A stretch of 64,000 nucleotides of DNA. Origin: Botryllus schlosseri. Taxonomy: Eukaryota. The notes below the pieces were generated by a model, which saw only the letters and a program-made list of their open reading frames with translations, searched no databases and was not told the DNA's origin. Made by a program: the position numbers and the translations under genes. Positions 1 through 12,628 of the stretch are shown here, piece after piece; position 1 is the first letter of the stretch; each line of letters starts with the position of its first letter. The DNA is taken from assembly GCA_051294905.1 (NCBI GenBank), contig CM119372.1:37326001-37390000 (forward strand), written 5' to 3'.

Positions 1-583
1 ATGTATTTTGCAATCTGAGACCAACAGTATATATGCGAACAGCAGGGGAAAACGATGCGTCCTATATAGAAATATCGACTTGGAATGGTGCGCTCATCAC
101 GAAAGAAATTTATTTGAGGTAAGTTTGGGCGATTCCAATATTTTTCCGTCCTAGGCTATATACCACCCCAAGATCAATCATAATTTATACCTTGCCCTAA
201 ATTTTTTAAAGCACTCCATCCATTAACTCTACCAAGGAATTTGACCGCATGATCTGAGAAAAGATCAATATTTGAATATGTGAAACCACTTATATCAATG
301 ACGAAATTAATTCGTGAATCTGAAAGATTTTCGCGATTCGCGCGACCATATCGAAACCAAGAAACTGTTCATAACATTATAACTCGTAATTTCGGTACGT
401 ATAGTAAGCCAATATGAATAAATACATTCATACGGAGTTCATCGAAAATGGACATGGACAGTTTAGCATGGATATATTTGGCGTCCAGTTAGTGCTTTAC
501 GACCACCTCATGGAATGCGGCCGTAGGCTTCATGAATATAATCGAAATGCAGCCGTGAAGAGCAAAAAGGTTGGTCACTCCTG
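1..583. mobile_element. hAT MITE family member, cut by the window start
   Basis: Homologous to about 13776-15027, 18145-18566 and 62546-63266; right end aaaggttggtcactcctg. Confidence 0.65.
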
Positions 584-687
584 ACCTAAAGGGTCGCTCA
601 ATGAAACATTGCAACGAAAGTGCGTCGCGAGCTGAAAATGATTGTAAAGCACTGGATTAAGCCACCTCAACGGTCTAGATTCTAGAA

Positions 688-1539
688 CAGGGGCGGGCAA
701 CTTCTCGAGTCGGCGGGCCGGATATAGGAAAATTAAGTACTTGGCGGGCCGGATTGCTGAATCGATACAATATTCGCTTATTTATCCACATTCCAGATAT
801 ACAAGGAATAAGCCATTTCTCGCCGATAATGACGAAGACAATGTGGATTTGAGAATAGCATTGTCATACAGGCGCCGCCATGTCTGCTTCTATCTGATCA
901 ATCAACACACGGTGCAATCCTCAATTAAGATTTCAAGGAGTTCGATAACCCCGGCACCCCTAATTTACCAACACATATATTCGTTAGGGTTGAGTAGGTG
1001 ACGAGATAGCATCGTTGTGCAACTGTGTGGCCTGAGAAATCTCGATAATGAATTCATGCGGTCCGCGACCTCTACGAAATTTGAAAAGTGGTCTGTGACC
1101 CGTTTTGAGTTGGCGACCCCTGGTATAAGCAGTGTTTTCGTCTTACAAAAGCCTAGAAGTGTGCCGTGCTACAAGTCGGCGGTTGCAGAATGAAAAATAA
1201 GAAATATCAGCCTGGTGTAATTGACCATTGTAGTCGACAAACACCATGATTACCACAAACGACATTAGGGTTGAGTACATCGCAAATGCCGATAATGCAA
1301 GTCTTCTCGCTTCGACGAAATTTCGCGTAAGCTCCACTCTAGCACGCTGCGCATATACGTATATATTAACATGCACTATGCAGTCACTAAAATTTGACGT
1401 TGTAAGCAAGTAGTGGGAAATCTCGGCAGACTAGGGCCGCGGGCTACATTATCATGTAAAACGGAAAACTGTCCGCGGGCCGGACAAAATCCCTTCGCGG
1501 GCCGGATCCGGCCCGCGGGCCGTATGTTGCCCACCCCTG
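688..1539. mobile_element. hAT MITE
   Basis: TIR caggggcgggcaac/gttgcccacccctg; perfect TSD ttctagaa. Confidence 0.85.
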
Positions 1540-4500
1540 TTCTAGAACGAACATAATCGCGAAACAGCCCAAACATTTCTGTAACATATTATGTTTGCCG
1601 GAGGGGACAGTACCGAAATTGAAAGTAAGGTACGTCTCGACACTGAATCGCTTAAAGCGCTATAAAAAGTTTTGAGCTCAATAAATTCGCCCAAAAATAC
1701 TTTACATTATGCAAACTATCGAATAGATCTTAAATAGCGTATAATTTCACGCTTCAATTCGTACCCCCTGCTTTGGTGCTCCATACCCCCAAGGGTTCCA
1801 CGGACCTGAACCGCTGTAGTATAACAAAGGGAACATAAATCAACTTACAACTTCGTGACTCGCAGGGTAGATCCATTATTTGGGCGGTTTATAACTTTAC
1901 TCAATTGGTCGGTCTCTCATTGTATTTTTTTCCAAATGCGTTGTTTGCTAACACAAATGCAACCATAATGGGGCCTCAACTATCCGTAATATGAGGAATT
2001 ATGAATTCGCTGATTATGATCCATTCTAGTGAAAATCAAAGACATGGATTTGGATGTAGCATTCCGGCTTCATTTAACGGGTGCGGCCCAGAAGCGATCG
2101 AAAGGTTGGAATCCATCCTGCGACCCAAATTGACTTTGACACCCCGGCTGTAACGATATTTCAATATTAGCTGACTCTGCTGACAAATCTTGCAACTCAT
2201 GCACCGAGCGCCCTTACTGACGAGGGTGTCATTGACATTCCGCAATGAAGATACTGATGAAAACTGAATCAGTTAAGATTGATCACCCGAGAAAGTTCTT
2301 AATGCTGTGCACCACAATTATCCAGATATAAATGCATATTTAATGGTGCACGATGGTTGTCAATGGGCTTTTCCTGGTTTAATTGCCTTGGTAATGCTAT
2401 GCGCATTTGTGAAATCAATCACCAATTTCAATGATTCAGGGGTCTGTGTGCTTGAAAACTTCCCGCATGGATCTAGTTCGTAACTACCAAATTGATGGAA
2501 ACGACTAATTTACGGAGAGCACATAACACAAATGACCCGTGCATTCATAATACTTGGAAGAAATTCCAGTGACATCAATCGCACCTAATCTATGAATTTT
2601 CTTCTGATGAATCATTTGTCATAGAAATGCTACTTGCCTCCAACTACACTACTTTTTACATACAGAATTTAGCATAGTAGGATTAGAAATGAAATTCCTC
2701 TCGACGTAAGAGGTCTTACACTGTGGTGGGAGTTATTGCTTCGCATGAATACATAAAATGCACAGACTCGAACTGCTCGAACTCTGCCCCGTGCGTAACG
2801 TCAAAATCAAGTTTTTTGTGGTATTCATGGCGTTTGTCGACTAGGCCTACTATGGTCAATGGTCATTTACACCAGGCTAATTTTCTTCATTCTTATTCCG
2901 TAGCTGCCGACTTGTAGCCCGCCTCACTTCTAGGATTTTATGAGACACCGTTTACACGTATGATATGGCGAGAAGGAGCCTAGATAAACCTCCGACACTT
3001 TTATAGTCTGGATTTTGGAGTCCACCTAAGTCGGACGCGAATCCGCAACCCATTGTTATTGCAGAAGTGGATTATACCAATACGCTATCTCGCCACAAGA
3101 GCAAGTGTTGTTGTAAAATTCGGTAATTTACGATTCTCGATAATCGATTTCGTATAGTCGTAATAATAACAAAAAATAATATGCAGTGTAATAATATTAC
3201 GTGTTGCTCTGGGGCATTTTCCTGTGAATATTTAACCCAGCGATGTGAGCAGGGCTTTGGAGCAGCCGTAAATGTTACATGCTCCGGCTCCGGAGCTCTC
3301 TTCTATCATAAATTAACTCCGGCTCCAGCTCCGCAGTCGCATTATTACCACTGCTCCGCTCTGGCTCTGAAAACTATCGAATGGGTCCGTCTATATAGAT
3401 TACTAACCTACCAATGGATGGGTTAGTTATCTATAATAATCTAGAGCAGAGGTCTCAAACACATTTTGTGCGGCCCGCGATGGCATTTTGGAATTTCAAG
3501 TCTTCGACAATATATTCAAGTGCCACATATCTTTTTTAGACATAAAAACTTGAAGTTCACGCTAATACTAGCCTACTATAAAAACACTGAAATCTCAACA
3601 AACGACACCATGACATCACTTTTAAAGGCTACCATGCGGTAAAAGATCAGCTATTACGTCACATTTCTAATTCATGATGATAAAACATGACCCGTTGATG
3701 ATTCGTGACTGAAAATTGTGATTTGGTTTGGTGCGACCTTTCGTAAAATTACTCGATTTCGGATTGACTGGGTGATTAAACAAAAATGAATCGAGTTGAG
3801 TCGGGTCAAACGTTAAAATCAGAGAACTTGCGACTCTGAACGGTGACTTGGCAATCCTACGGATGCAACAATCTATGAAACTATCATGGGAAATAATAAT
3901 ATATCAAAAGGTCGTAGCTTGCGTTGCGTAGGGTATATATAGCTATCTAATCATGTCAGTATGGCAACGATCGGCATTATGTGACTTCCGTGACGTATAT
4001 AGTTGGTTACATGCTGGGTGTTGTTTGTTCTCTTCATCCATGCTATTATCAGGGGCGAGTAAGGTAGTAGTACGCTCCACAGCTGTAACACCAATGAATT
4101 AATTCATCGGCAATTGTACAATGCACATTTGTATTCCAGAGGTTCTTAACCAGGGCCCGTAGAACCCTTCGGGTTACGAAGCACCACATCATGGGTATAA
4201 TATGCATTGTTGAGTTAGGCCCATATGTTGTGGAATATTTTCTTGATCAATTTATTTAACTGGAAAATGCTGGTCTTCGCGCCACGCGCGATTTTTTGTC
4301 TATGTCTACTTTTAAAATGGGTACCATCAGAAATTGTGTTGAAAATGAACAGGGGCTACGAGAAATCTTATTGGAAGCACGAGGGGTACGATCGCTAAGG
4401 CTAAGAAACAATGGTAATACTATGGCTCAATGATGATTATATCTAAGCTGTAATCGATATGTTACAATAATAATTGAGGGCAAAATCTGACGCTGATACA

Positions 4501-4634
4501 ATTGGACTTTGGCAATGACAGTAACATGTATATCATGGGTCGGTGTATATGCCGCAAAAACATCAAGGCCAAAAATAAACTACGTCTGATATCATATCCA
4601 TCTTCAGTAGATTTTAAAATATTCTACATACAAT

Positions 4635-7600
4635 GACGATTTTCATTTTTGCTCACGAGCGCCGCCATTATGGTAAAGGGATGGCGGTCGGTGAATCTTG
4701 CTTCGTGCGCGCAGATGGCAGTTTTGGAGTTGGTTTCGCTATTTATCTCTGTGGGTTGTCGATATGATGCAGTTCAGGGTATCGATGCTAAATTAAGATG
4801 AATAGCATGTTTATTATTAGCATGGAATCTTTTTGTTAGCGAAAAACAGCCGATTTCAGCCGTTTCACGAATTTTTTCGGTAGGCTACTGGTTTGTGACA
4901 ACTCACGAGAAGTCGAGAACATCATGGCATATCAGCTTTACTTCTAAGATAATAATAGTGCATATATATTTGTAAAATGGCTGGTCATAACGGATATATT
5001 TATGTAATTTAAATTAGTGAATTTATTCCTGTAATATAGTTTTATGTTTAATATGGACAGGTTGATTTCTTGCAAAGAACTTTTACGATAAACAATCTAT
5101 ATATTATTATACTGTATTGCCTGTGAGATAACAGGCATGAATGCAGATGCGGGATCGTGGACTGTGACAAGAAGATCACACTATGATTGTCGTGTGCTGA
5201 AATGCAACAACGACTAAGAAAGGCCATGAAACTATCTTTTCACATGAAGATATGGATATAAAAAATTAGATCTGTAGTCGAGTTGAATTTTGAAGTGAGT
5301 AAATTACCAGAAGTGTTTCAATCCGATCATACTCTCTCTTGTTCTATCGTGATAATGCTGCTATTGACTTTTGTCTAGATAACTGGAAATACACGTGTTT
5401 GTGGGGAGCATTTCAATGACGAGGATTATAGACTGAAGTCTTGCGGACGTCACTATTAGAAAATTGGAGCAGTTCCTGGGATACTCAAGTGGACGAAGTC
5501 AACAACACCATCAAGAAGGGTGTTGCACAGGCATCAGAGGTGAGATTAATGTAAACTGACATGATATGAAGCTACAAATTTCTTTCAATTCTTAACAATG
5601 ACTGGTACATGGTAGATAGATCTCTTATGTGTGAGAGATTCCAATATTGTTTAACACTATTTCGCGAACTTGGCACATCAATTGGGTAGAAGGGAAAGTC
5701 CAATAACTACATGATACTGCCTTTCCAACTATATGTAGACTGTCGAGTGCATTGCAGCCAAAAATATTACTTGCACAACTCAGTATCAGGAAATATGCTT
5801 GGCCATTCTAGGACCGCGTAAAAGTATTTCTGGTTATTATGATTAGTGCAGCAAAATCCCGAGCTCAAACCCAAGCTGCTGTATCACCCGAACAGCGACA
5901 AACAATATGACCGAACATTATTAGTGATATTAGAGTGTGGCAAGCAGACAGACATTTTATCCAATTCGGCTCGTTTGTTATTCGGGTGATTGTTTACTTT
6001 AAATTTTTTTCTGCACTTGGTTATGCCACCAGCACTAACTATTTAATAAAAGGAACTCTATTACGTGAAAAACGTAGATGTACTTGAATAACTGCCATTG
6101 TTAGTTGATCGTAAATATACCGTAACTATAAATGTTTTCATTTCTGTCGGCATGTTATTAATAGGGCACAATGATTCGAGTACTCGGATCTGAATCGAGT
6201 ATTAATTTCAATGATTCGAATCGAGTAGTAAAAACAATTTTTTCGAGTACTGAAATTACAAGCTCCTCATCACTGAAAGTTAATTTATCAACGAAAATTA
6301 TAGTTGCGATACTCTTTTCCTTTGTGGAAGCCTTGAAACCTTGATTACCCGTATCGCAACGCACGAAACATAGTAAAAAGCTACCAACGTTGCTGGAAAT
6401 AACACATTTCTGAAGTCATGATCATCCCACATTATGTCACAAAGTACAATGAGATCGGTATGGTCGAAAAAATATTTAAGTACCTTTAACGTGATGGATA
6501 AGAGGTAATATATTCTTTGTGGTGGCAAAAAAGGTACATATTTGAACTTTGACATATTACATTCTGTTATGACGTAATAATGAGTAATACTCGAATACTC
6601 GACTCGATGCTTAATACGTGATTCAGAATCGAATCACTCAGGTACTCGATTTTGCCCAGCCCTAGTTATTAATGCTTCTAACTGTATTTGTAGTGGACAT
6701 CATACTCCAGAAGAAATTCCTGGTCCAAGTAGCACTGATCAGATTCCACATCTACAACAGCCAATGCTGGATCACGCGTATTGTGAAGAAAAATCATCTA
6801 AAGCAAAGGGAATAATTCAGGATTTAAATAACGAGCTGGAGAAGCTGATTTTGTGTACGATTCAAGGCATCCGATACATGTTTCTGTATTATTCTGGATT
6901 TTCTAGTTATGGATTTGTTTTGAAGTTTTTGATATAGTCTCATCAACAGCTACAACTGTACCACTTTTATCAGCTGTCAAAAATTATCTCAGAAGTGGTA
7001 TAGTGAAGAATTTCAAGCAAAGGCAAATTCAAAAACCATACCATTGCAAGACGAACTGTTTTCATTTGTTTGTCGGATTCACCAAGGCTTTGGAGTGAAA
7101 GACGTTGGTGTTCGATTCAACTTGTCTACTGCATCTGTTAGCGGGTTATTGATAACTTGGGCAAACATTCAACAGTTCTGTTGGGTATTGTATATTGACA
7201 AATTTATCCGCCATTTGCTAGGAGCTAGCCAGTTATGCACAAAGCTATCCGGTACACAACTGGGAGTGAGCGACTTGGTGTCCACCGTGCGGAACAGAGT
7301 CTAAACCCAGGTAAGATCAGGTGCCCATGACCCTTTCATATCCCGCAAATGGGTTCTTGACAGTTCTAGTTTCATCATCAGATTTCGAAATATCCTTGTC
7401 GATCATCGATGGTCCGTGTCGTTGTGGCTGGTCGATGAGGCACATCTGCACCTGGAACATAAAATACTGCAGCAGCATATGGTGCACTTGACAATCATCG
7501 AACTCATCAACTGGAAACATTGCAACGACAGCAATTTTTAGTCATATTTTAAAGCTTCGTATTTGTTTGTTACTAAACAATTTGTTGACTAGTTATTTGA

Positions 7601-8278
7601 TTTTAGTTGCCAGCACAATTTTTTGTTTTGACAATATGCAATATCAAGCATTGACCCCAACAACACTGCTGATACTGACATGCTCAACTCATCAGGATCA
7701 CAGATGATACTTGAAAAGTCACGAAGTCTAATTCTCAAAGTCAGTTAGGAGCCTATAATTTGAGTGCTTGAATAAATATATCAAGGACCTCTGCTAGTAT
7801 AAATTACAACATGCCTCTAAAATCTCATATGTGAGATTCAGCAAATAATTTATAGCCTTTGCTATTTCCATTACCTCTCGATTCACTGGCAATCCTGCCC
7901 ACGTCGGCAAAACTGAACTCTGGTAGATCCGTCAACAAGTACGAAAATACAAGCTCCATACATTGCTGTGTAAATTGTTACTGTTACTAGTGACATCAGA
8001 AGAGAAGTCAGCAGCAGTTCAGTTAAAGCAAAAATACAGTCCCACGATAAGGCTTCTCAAACAGCTATAATGAAGAAGTAGGATCTGGATTTCGCTAGCA
8101 ATGACATGAAATCAGGCATTAGTGGTGTTGCAATAACCAACAACTCATGCATTCGCAGTAACGAGCTGCCATAAAGGGAAAAGAACTGCAATATTTCTGC
8201 ACACAATGGTAGCCTTATGGAGGCAAAATTACGACCGCCATCCCTTCATAGGTGGCGCTAGAGCGGTGAGAATCGTCC
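4635..8278 (+). mobile_element. Decayed ISL2EU-like (PIF/Harbinger-related) DNA transposon with THAP domain
   Basis: Imperfect TIRs of about 65 bp (gacgattttca..gcgcc..aagggatggcggtcg versus cgaccgccatccctt..ggcgct..tgagaatcgtcc) with AT on both sides. THAP remnant NTRVCGEHF..GAVP at about 5385-5495. Transposase HTH remnant LQDELFSFVCRIHQGFGVKDVGVRFNLSTASVSGLLITWAN at about 7044-7170. Confidence 0.75.
6162..6664. mobile_element. hAT MITE (CTCGA-rich family), copy A
   Basis: Ends tagggc...cagcccta; perfect TSD gttattaa; inverted homolog at 12130-12628. Confidence 0.85.
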
Positions 8279-8308
8279 ATTGTGGCACGTCAAAGGTTCA
8301 CTAGCTGC

Positions 8309-9440
8309 CAGCCCCGTAACTGCCGCACCCCAAACCCCCCAATTGGGGGGGGGCGAGCTCGAAGGGGACCCAAATTTATTTCGTGAATTAGCATAAATCA
8401 TAGAGTATTTTTTGAAAATTTATGCAATTTTTTTCAAAATTTTTTCGCGCTGTATGTGCGCGAATTCAAGTAGCCATTAATCTTTAGTATTGAGTATTGG
8501 GCCATTAACGCGCCCCGACCCACCAAGACATACAATCAAGTTTTAGGCCATATAACATGCGACTCCAAGAAGTGTGCCAGAACGATCGGCAGCGAGAAAA
8601 CCTTGGCCGAAAAGGTCTCAACCTCACAAGATAAATACCATCCCGCTGGGAAAATTATTATGCCAGTGAAGAAATACAAATTTGAAATCATGTGCGTTTC
8701 TTAGTTTAGAAACCTACGTTTGGGCGATTCTATATTGATATAGCAGACTGGAAGTCACGAAATAACATCATGTAACGAGAAGTCATATCAACAGGTCCGC
8801 CCGCCCCAAGATCTTTAATTATTATTTACGGGCTCTCCCGTTTTCAAGACACTTCACTCAGCTCTACTGGTAAATCTAATTACGTGAGTAGAGAGGACAA
8901 TAAATTGATAGCATAATATATATGCAATCGCCGATCTGATTGACCGATTGTATCATAAATTATAGAGAATTTTCGCGCATCGCGCTGGTTCACAATACAT
9001 TACAGATGATTTCGTGACAAACACGAACAACGTGATGGGGGGGGGTCGTTTTATCACCCTATGGGAGCCCAATACCCACGTTTTTTGGGGCCTGACGAGG
9101 TGCTGTTTCGTTCCTGCCAACGGGTATACGCCCGACACCTCACTCAGCTCTACCGGAAAATCTGATTACGTGAGCAGAGAGAAGATAAAAATTGATAACA
9201 ATATATATGCAATTCCCGATCATATTTACCGATTCAATTATGAATTCTAATAATTTTCCGCGCTTGGCGCGCTTAGGCGACAAAATCTGTTTCACTAAAC
9301 AAACTCTCAAGGAATCTGATAAATAGCGATAAAGAGTCTGTCGCCGAAGGGGGGTCTGGGTTCGGTTCGGTCTATAACCCTATGGGGGGCCCAAGACCAA
9401 AGTTTTGGGGGAGGCCTGACGAAGTGCTGTTACGGCCCTG
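8309..9440. mobile_element. hAT-like non-autonomous element with GC-rich ends
   Basis: TIR cagccccgtaac/gttacggccctg; TSD ctagctgc/ctagctgt; contains a partial internal duplication. Confidence 0.75.
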
Positions 9441-10118
9441 CTAGCTGTAATGTTATAACCCGACAGTTTGACGATGTCATGATGCATCCCTCTCGCATGA
9501 TGTCTATAGCTCATTATTTTAACAAATTATGCCCGGCACAAAAACAATGATTTTTTTTTCGTGTCAAGCGTGAATGGTACAATAGTAAATAACATTTTCA
9601 CGATGTTTGTGGAATGCCTGTCTGCAAGCTCCCGTCAGAGAAGGCCTACTTGGAAATTATACGTTTAATATCCCTATTACTGATGCTGCGGCCCGCGGCG
9701 TCTGCTAAACTAGGAAATTGGCCCGCGAGCACATTTGAGTTTGAGACCTTTGATCTAGACTAGAGTCTGTCAGCCGTTACTAAGATCGGATGCATCAACG
9801 AAGACATAGGTGCCGCCGTGTCGGCTTGTGACGCCATAAGATGTCCTTGTCGATTGTCGACAACATCACAGTTTCACTTGAACGCTCTTAACACCATACC
9901 ATCGCTGTGTGCAGCATTAAAATTCTGATGCGGCATTTCAACACCAGACTGCACTCGTTAACATCAAGCCATACAGCTGAATTCAATCTTAAATGTGCGA
10001 TTATTATTCAACTATAACTGTAGTAAAAGCAATATGGGCGCATATCGCGACCTAATCAATAGAAATCCGACTTGTAGCAAATAGCTAATGGTTTGAAATT
10101 CGATATTCGTGTACTCGT

Positions 10119-10255
10119 TACCAGTCCATCCAGTTTCGATCAAGTTTATTGAAATAGATTATTCTCCCGTTGATACGAATCGAATAAAATCTGAACTGGT
10201 GGCACGGAGAATCACATGTTTCATTAAGATTGCAACTTAAACACTGTGCCATGCA
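10119..10255 (+). repeat. 137-bp direct repeat, left copy (LINE target-site duplication)
   Basis: taccagtccatcc...cactgtgccatgca is identical to 11948-12084. Confidence 0.95.
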
Positions 10256-11847
10256 AGTCTGCGGCCGTACTATTCTCTAGACGACGTAAATTACCTGAAG
10301 TGAAATTGGTTTTTAATGATGCTGCGGTTCACACAAAAAATGAGTATAAATATCTTGGGGTTACGTTTGATGCTAGATTAAGCTACAGAGCACATTCGAG
10401 AATTGTCACTGAAATCTGCACCAAGCGTCTTAATCTACTGCGCCTTCTTAGTGGCACATCTTGGGGTGCGTCCAAAGACTGTCTCCTGACCCTATATAGA
10501 GCATTAATAAGATCGGTAATTGAATATGGATTCGAGGCGTACATGTTCGCCCCTAAATATGTGATCAGATCAGTGCAAGCTGTTCAAAATGCCGCACTCC
10601 GACTTTGCTGTGGAGGTATGCGTAGTACCCCGATATACTCTTTGCAACACGCGTGTAACGAGCTGCCAGTTCACTTACGTCATTTACAGGCCTGTTTGAA
10701 GTTCCGAGGAAATATATTATCCGGCAATGATCACCCCTGTCGATCTCTCGTACAACAATCATGGCATGAGATTTTCCCATCGCATTCCTTCAGAACATTT
10801 AATATGGTATCGAACATACCTGCCGTGAGGTATATATCTATATACAAGTCTGACACTTTTCCCATCTCACCATGGGAAGACATTCTAGACTGTCGCGTAG
10901 ACGTAAGTATATCGTTGATGCTCCGAAAAACTGACCCCCCAGCAGTTACCAAATTGGTAAGTGAGCAATACATTTACGATTATTATAGAGAATGTATCAA
11001 AATATATACTGATGGTTCAAAAACGGAGATTGGGTGTGGAGCCGCCTTCTACGTGTGGGACGAGGGTGTGTCGAAAAATGTATCACTAAACCACCATTTA
11101 TCAGTATTTTCAACAGAGCTCATAGCTATACAGGAAAGTCTCAAATGGATTCAAAGATACGACACTAGTAACTATGATATAGTTATCTTATCCGATAGTC
11201 TGAGTTCCCTACAAGCTATCCGATCACGCGTATTAAATAACATTATTGTTGCAGACATAATACTCCAGTGTACTGATTTGAAACGCCGAGGCTTCAACAT
11301 CACTATGCTGTGGATTCCAGGCCACTGTTCAGTGGGGTGCAATGAAATCGCAGATGCGCTGGCTAAATCAGCCGCGCTGCGTAGAATCGGTGAGGATCAA
11401 GTTGAACTGTCCACCAAGGAATATAAAAGTGTTGTGTCGGAAGTATGCCGAAGCCTGTTCAAAGAAGAATTCAAGCAAGTGGATCAGGAATCGCAATACA
11501 GAAGAATTTTCTCACCCAATGCGGAATCGTACCAAACGTATCCCAGCGAAGAAACAACAAGGAGAGCTTCCTCTGTCCTATTCCGATTAAGGACCGGACA
11601 TTGCAAACTCAATTATCACTTGCGCAAATTGCATTGTCACCCAAATGGATTATGCGAAGATTGCCAAGTACCCGAGACGGTAGCACACTTTCTACTTGAA
11701 TGTAGAAAGTACGATCGACATCGACAACATTTGCGGGACAATGCGCGGTTTCACAACGTACCAATGGAAATTGAACTATTGCTCTCTAGCCCTTATACCA
11801 GTACACCAGTAATTGAATTTGTCATATTATCTGGTAGAGAAATATGA
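10246..11847 (+). CDS. LINE ORF2 fragment: RT thumb, RNase H and C-terminal CCHC knuckle
   Basis: KYLGVTFD, LSGTSWGA..LLTLYRALIRSVIEYG; RNase H motifs IYTDGSK, STELIAI, LSDSLSSL, WIPGH..GCNEIADALAK; CEDC..ETVAHFLLEC. The first codons come from the flanking repeat, so this is not a true start. Confidence 0.9.
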   Translation: MPCKSAAVLFSRRRKLPEVKLVFNDAAVHTKNEYKYLGVTFDARLSYRAHSRIVTEICTKRLNLLRLLSGTSWGASKDCLLTLYRALIRSVIEYGFEAYMFAPKYVIRSVQAVQNAALRLCCGGMRSTPIYSLQHACNELPVHLRHLQACLKFRGNILSGNDHPCRSLVQQSWHEIFPSHSFRTFNMVSNIPAVRYISIYKSDTFPISPWEDILDCRVDVSISLMLRKTDPPAVTKLVSEQYIYDYYRECIKIYTDGSKTEIGCGAAFYVWDEGVSKNVSLNHHLSVFSTELIAIQESLKWIQRYDTSNYDIVILSDSLSSLQAIRSRVLNNIIVADIILQCTDLKRRGFNITMLWIPGHCSVGCNEIADALAKSAALRRIGEDQVELSTKEYKSVVSEVCRSLFKEEFKQVDQESQYRRIFSPNAESYQTYPSEETTRRASSVLFRLRTGHCKLNYHLRKLHCHPNGLCEDCQVPETVAHFLLECRKYDRHRQHLRDNARFHNVPMEIELLLSSPYTSTPVIEFVILSGREI

Positions 11848-11947
11848 CACTGGAAATTCTATAGTATAGATCTTTTGATTTTGAAATGGCATGGTGCAAA
11901 AAACCATTTGCAGTTATACGCACCATTTCCAATTATACATACATACA
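10256..11947 (+). mobile_element. 5'-truncated non-LTR retrotransposon of the I group (I/Nimb-like)
   Basis: Uninterrupted ORF2 C-terminal half, short 3' UTR with a stem-loop (tggtgc...gcacca), and a (TACA)n tail. Flanked by identical 137-bp direct repeats. Confidence 0.92.
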
Positions 11948-12084
11948 TACCAGTCCATCCAGTTTCGATCAAGTTTATTGAAATAGATTATTCTCCCGTT
12001 GATACGAATCGAATAAAATCTGAACTGGTGGCACGGAGAATCACATGTTTCATTAAGATTGCAACTTAAACACTGTGCCATGCA
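11948..12084 (+). repeat. 137-bp direct repeat, right copy (LINE target-site duplication)
   Basis: Identical to 10119-10255; starts directly after the (TACA)n tail. Confidence 0.95.
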
Positions 12085-12129
12085 CGTTGCGCCGTGCCCG
12101 TAACGAATTTAAGTATGCACATTTACAAG

Positions 12130-12628
12130 TAGGACTGGGCAAAATCGAGTACCAGAGTGATTCGATTCTGAATCACGTGATATGCTTCGAGTCGAGTCGA
12201 GTATTCGATTATCACTCATTATGACGTCATAGCATAATACCCAAAGTTCAGATATGTACCGTTTATGCGACCACAAAGACTATAACGCCTGTTATCCATC
12301 TCATAAAAGCTTCTTTGGTATTTTTTCGACCATACCAATTTCATTCCACTTGGTGACAATGCTGTGGGATAATCATGACTTCGGTATGTGCTACATCCAG
12401 TCACCTTCGTCGCTTTGTAGTATATGTTTCGTATGCTACGATACCGCCAATCAAGGTTTCAAGGCTTCAACAGTATCGAAACTATAATTCTCGTTGATAA
12501 ATTAAATTTCAGTGGTGAGAAGCGTGTAATTTCAGTACTCGAAAAATAATATTTTACTACTCGACTCGAATCATCAAAATTAATACTCGATTCAGATTCG
12601 AGTACTGGAATCGTTGTGTCCATCTCTA
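12130..12628. mobile_element. hAT MITE (CTCGA-rich family), copy B
   Basis: Reverse-complement homolog of 6162-6664; TSD tttacaag/tttccaag. Confidence 0.8.

Larger units (their letters stand above)
3447..9752. mobile_element. hAT MITE inflated by nested insertions
   Basis: TIR cagaggtctcaaac/gtttgagacctttg; subterminal ggcccgcg motifs; TSD atctagag/atctagac. Confidence 0.7.

Noticed and set aside
2030..2600. Protein-like + frame (PEKVLNAVHHNYPDINAYLMVHDG)
   Set aside because: Several stops and no family motif I can support.
10119..12084. LTR-retrotransposon/TRIM reading of the 137-bp repeats
   Set aside because: The repeats do not start with TG, I saw no PBS, PPT or outer TSD, and the interior is LINE ORF2 with a simple-repeat tail.
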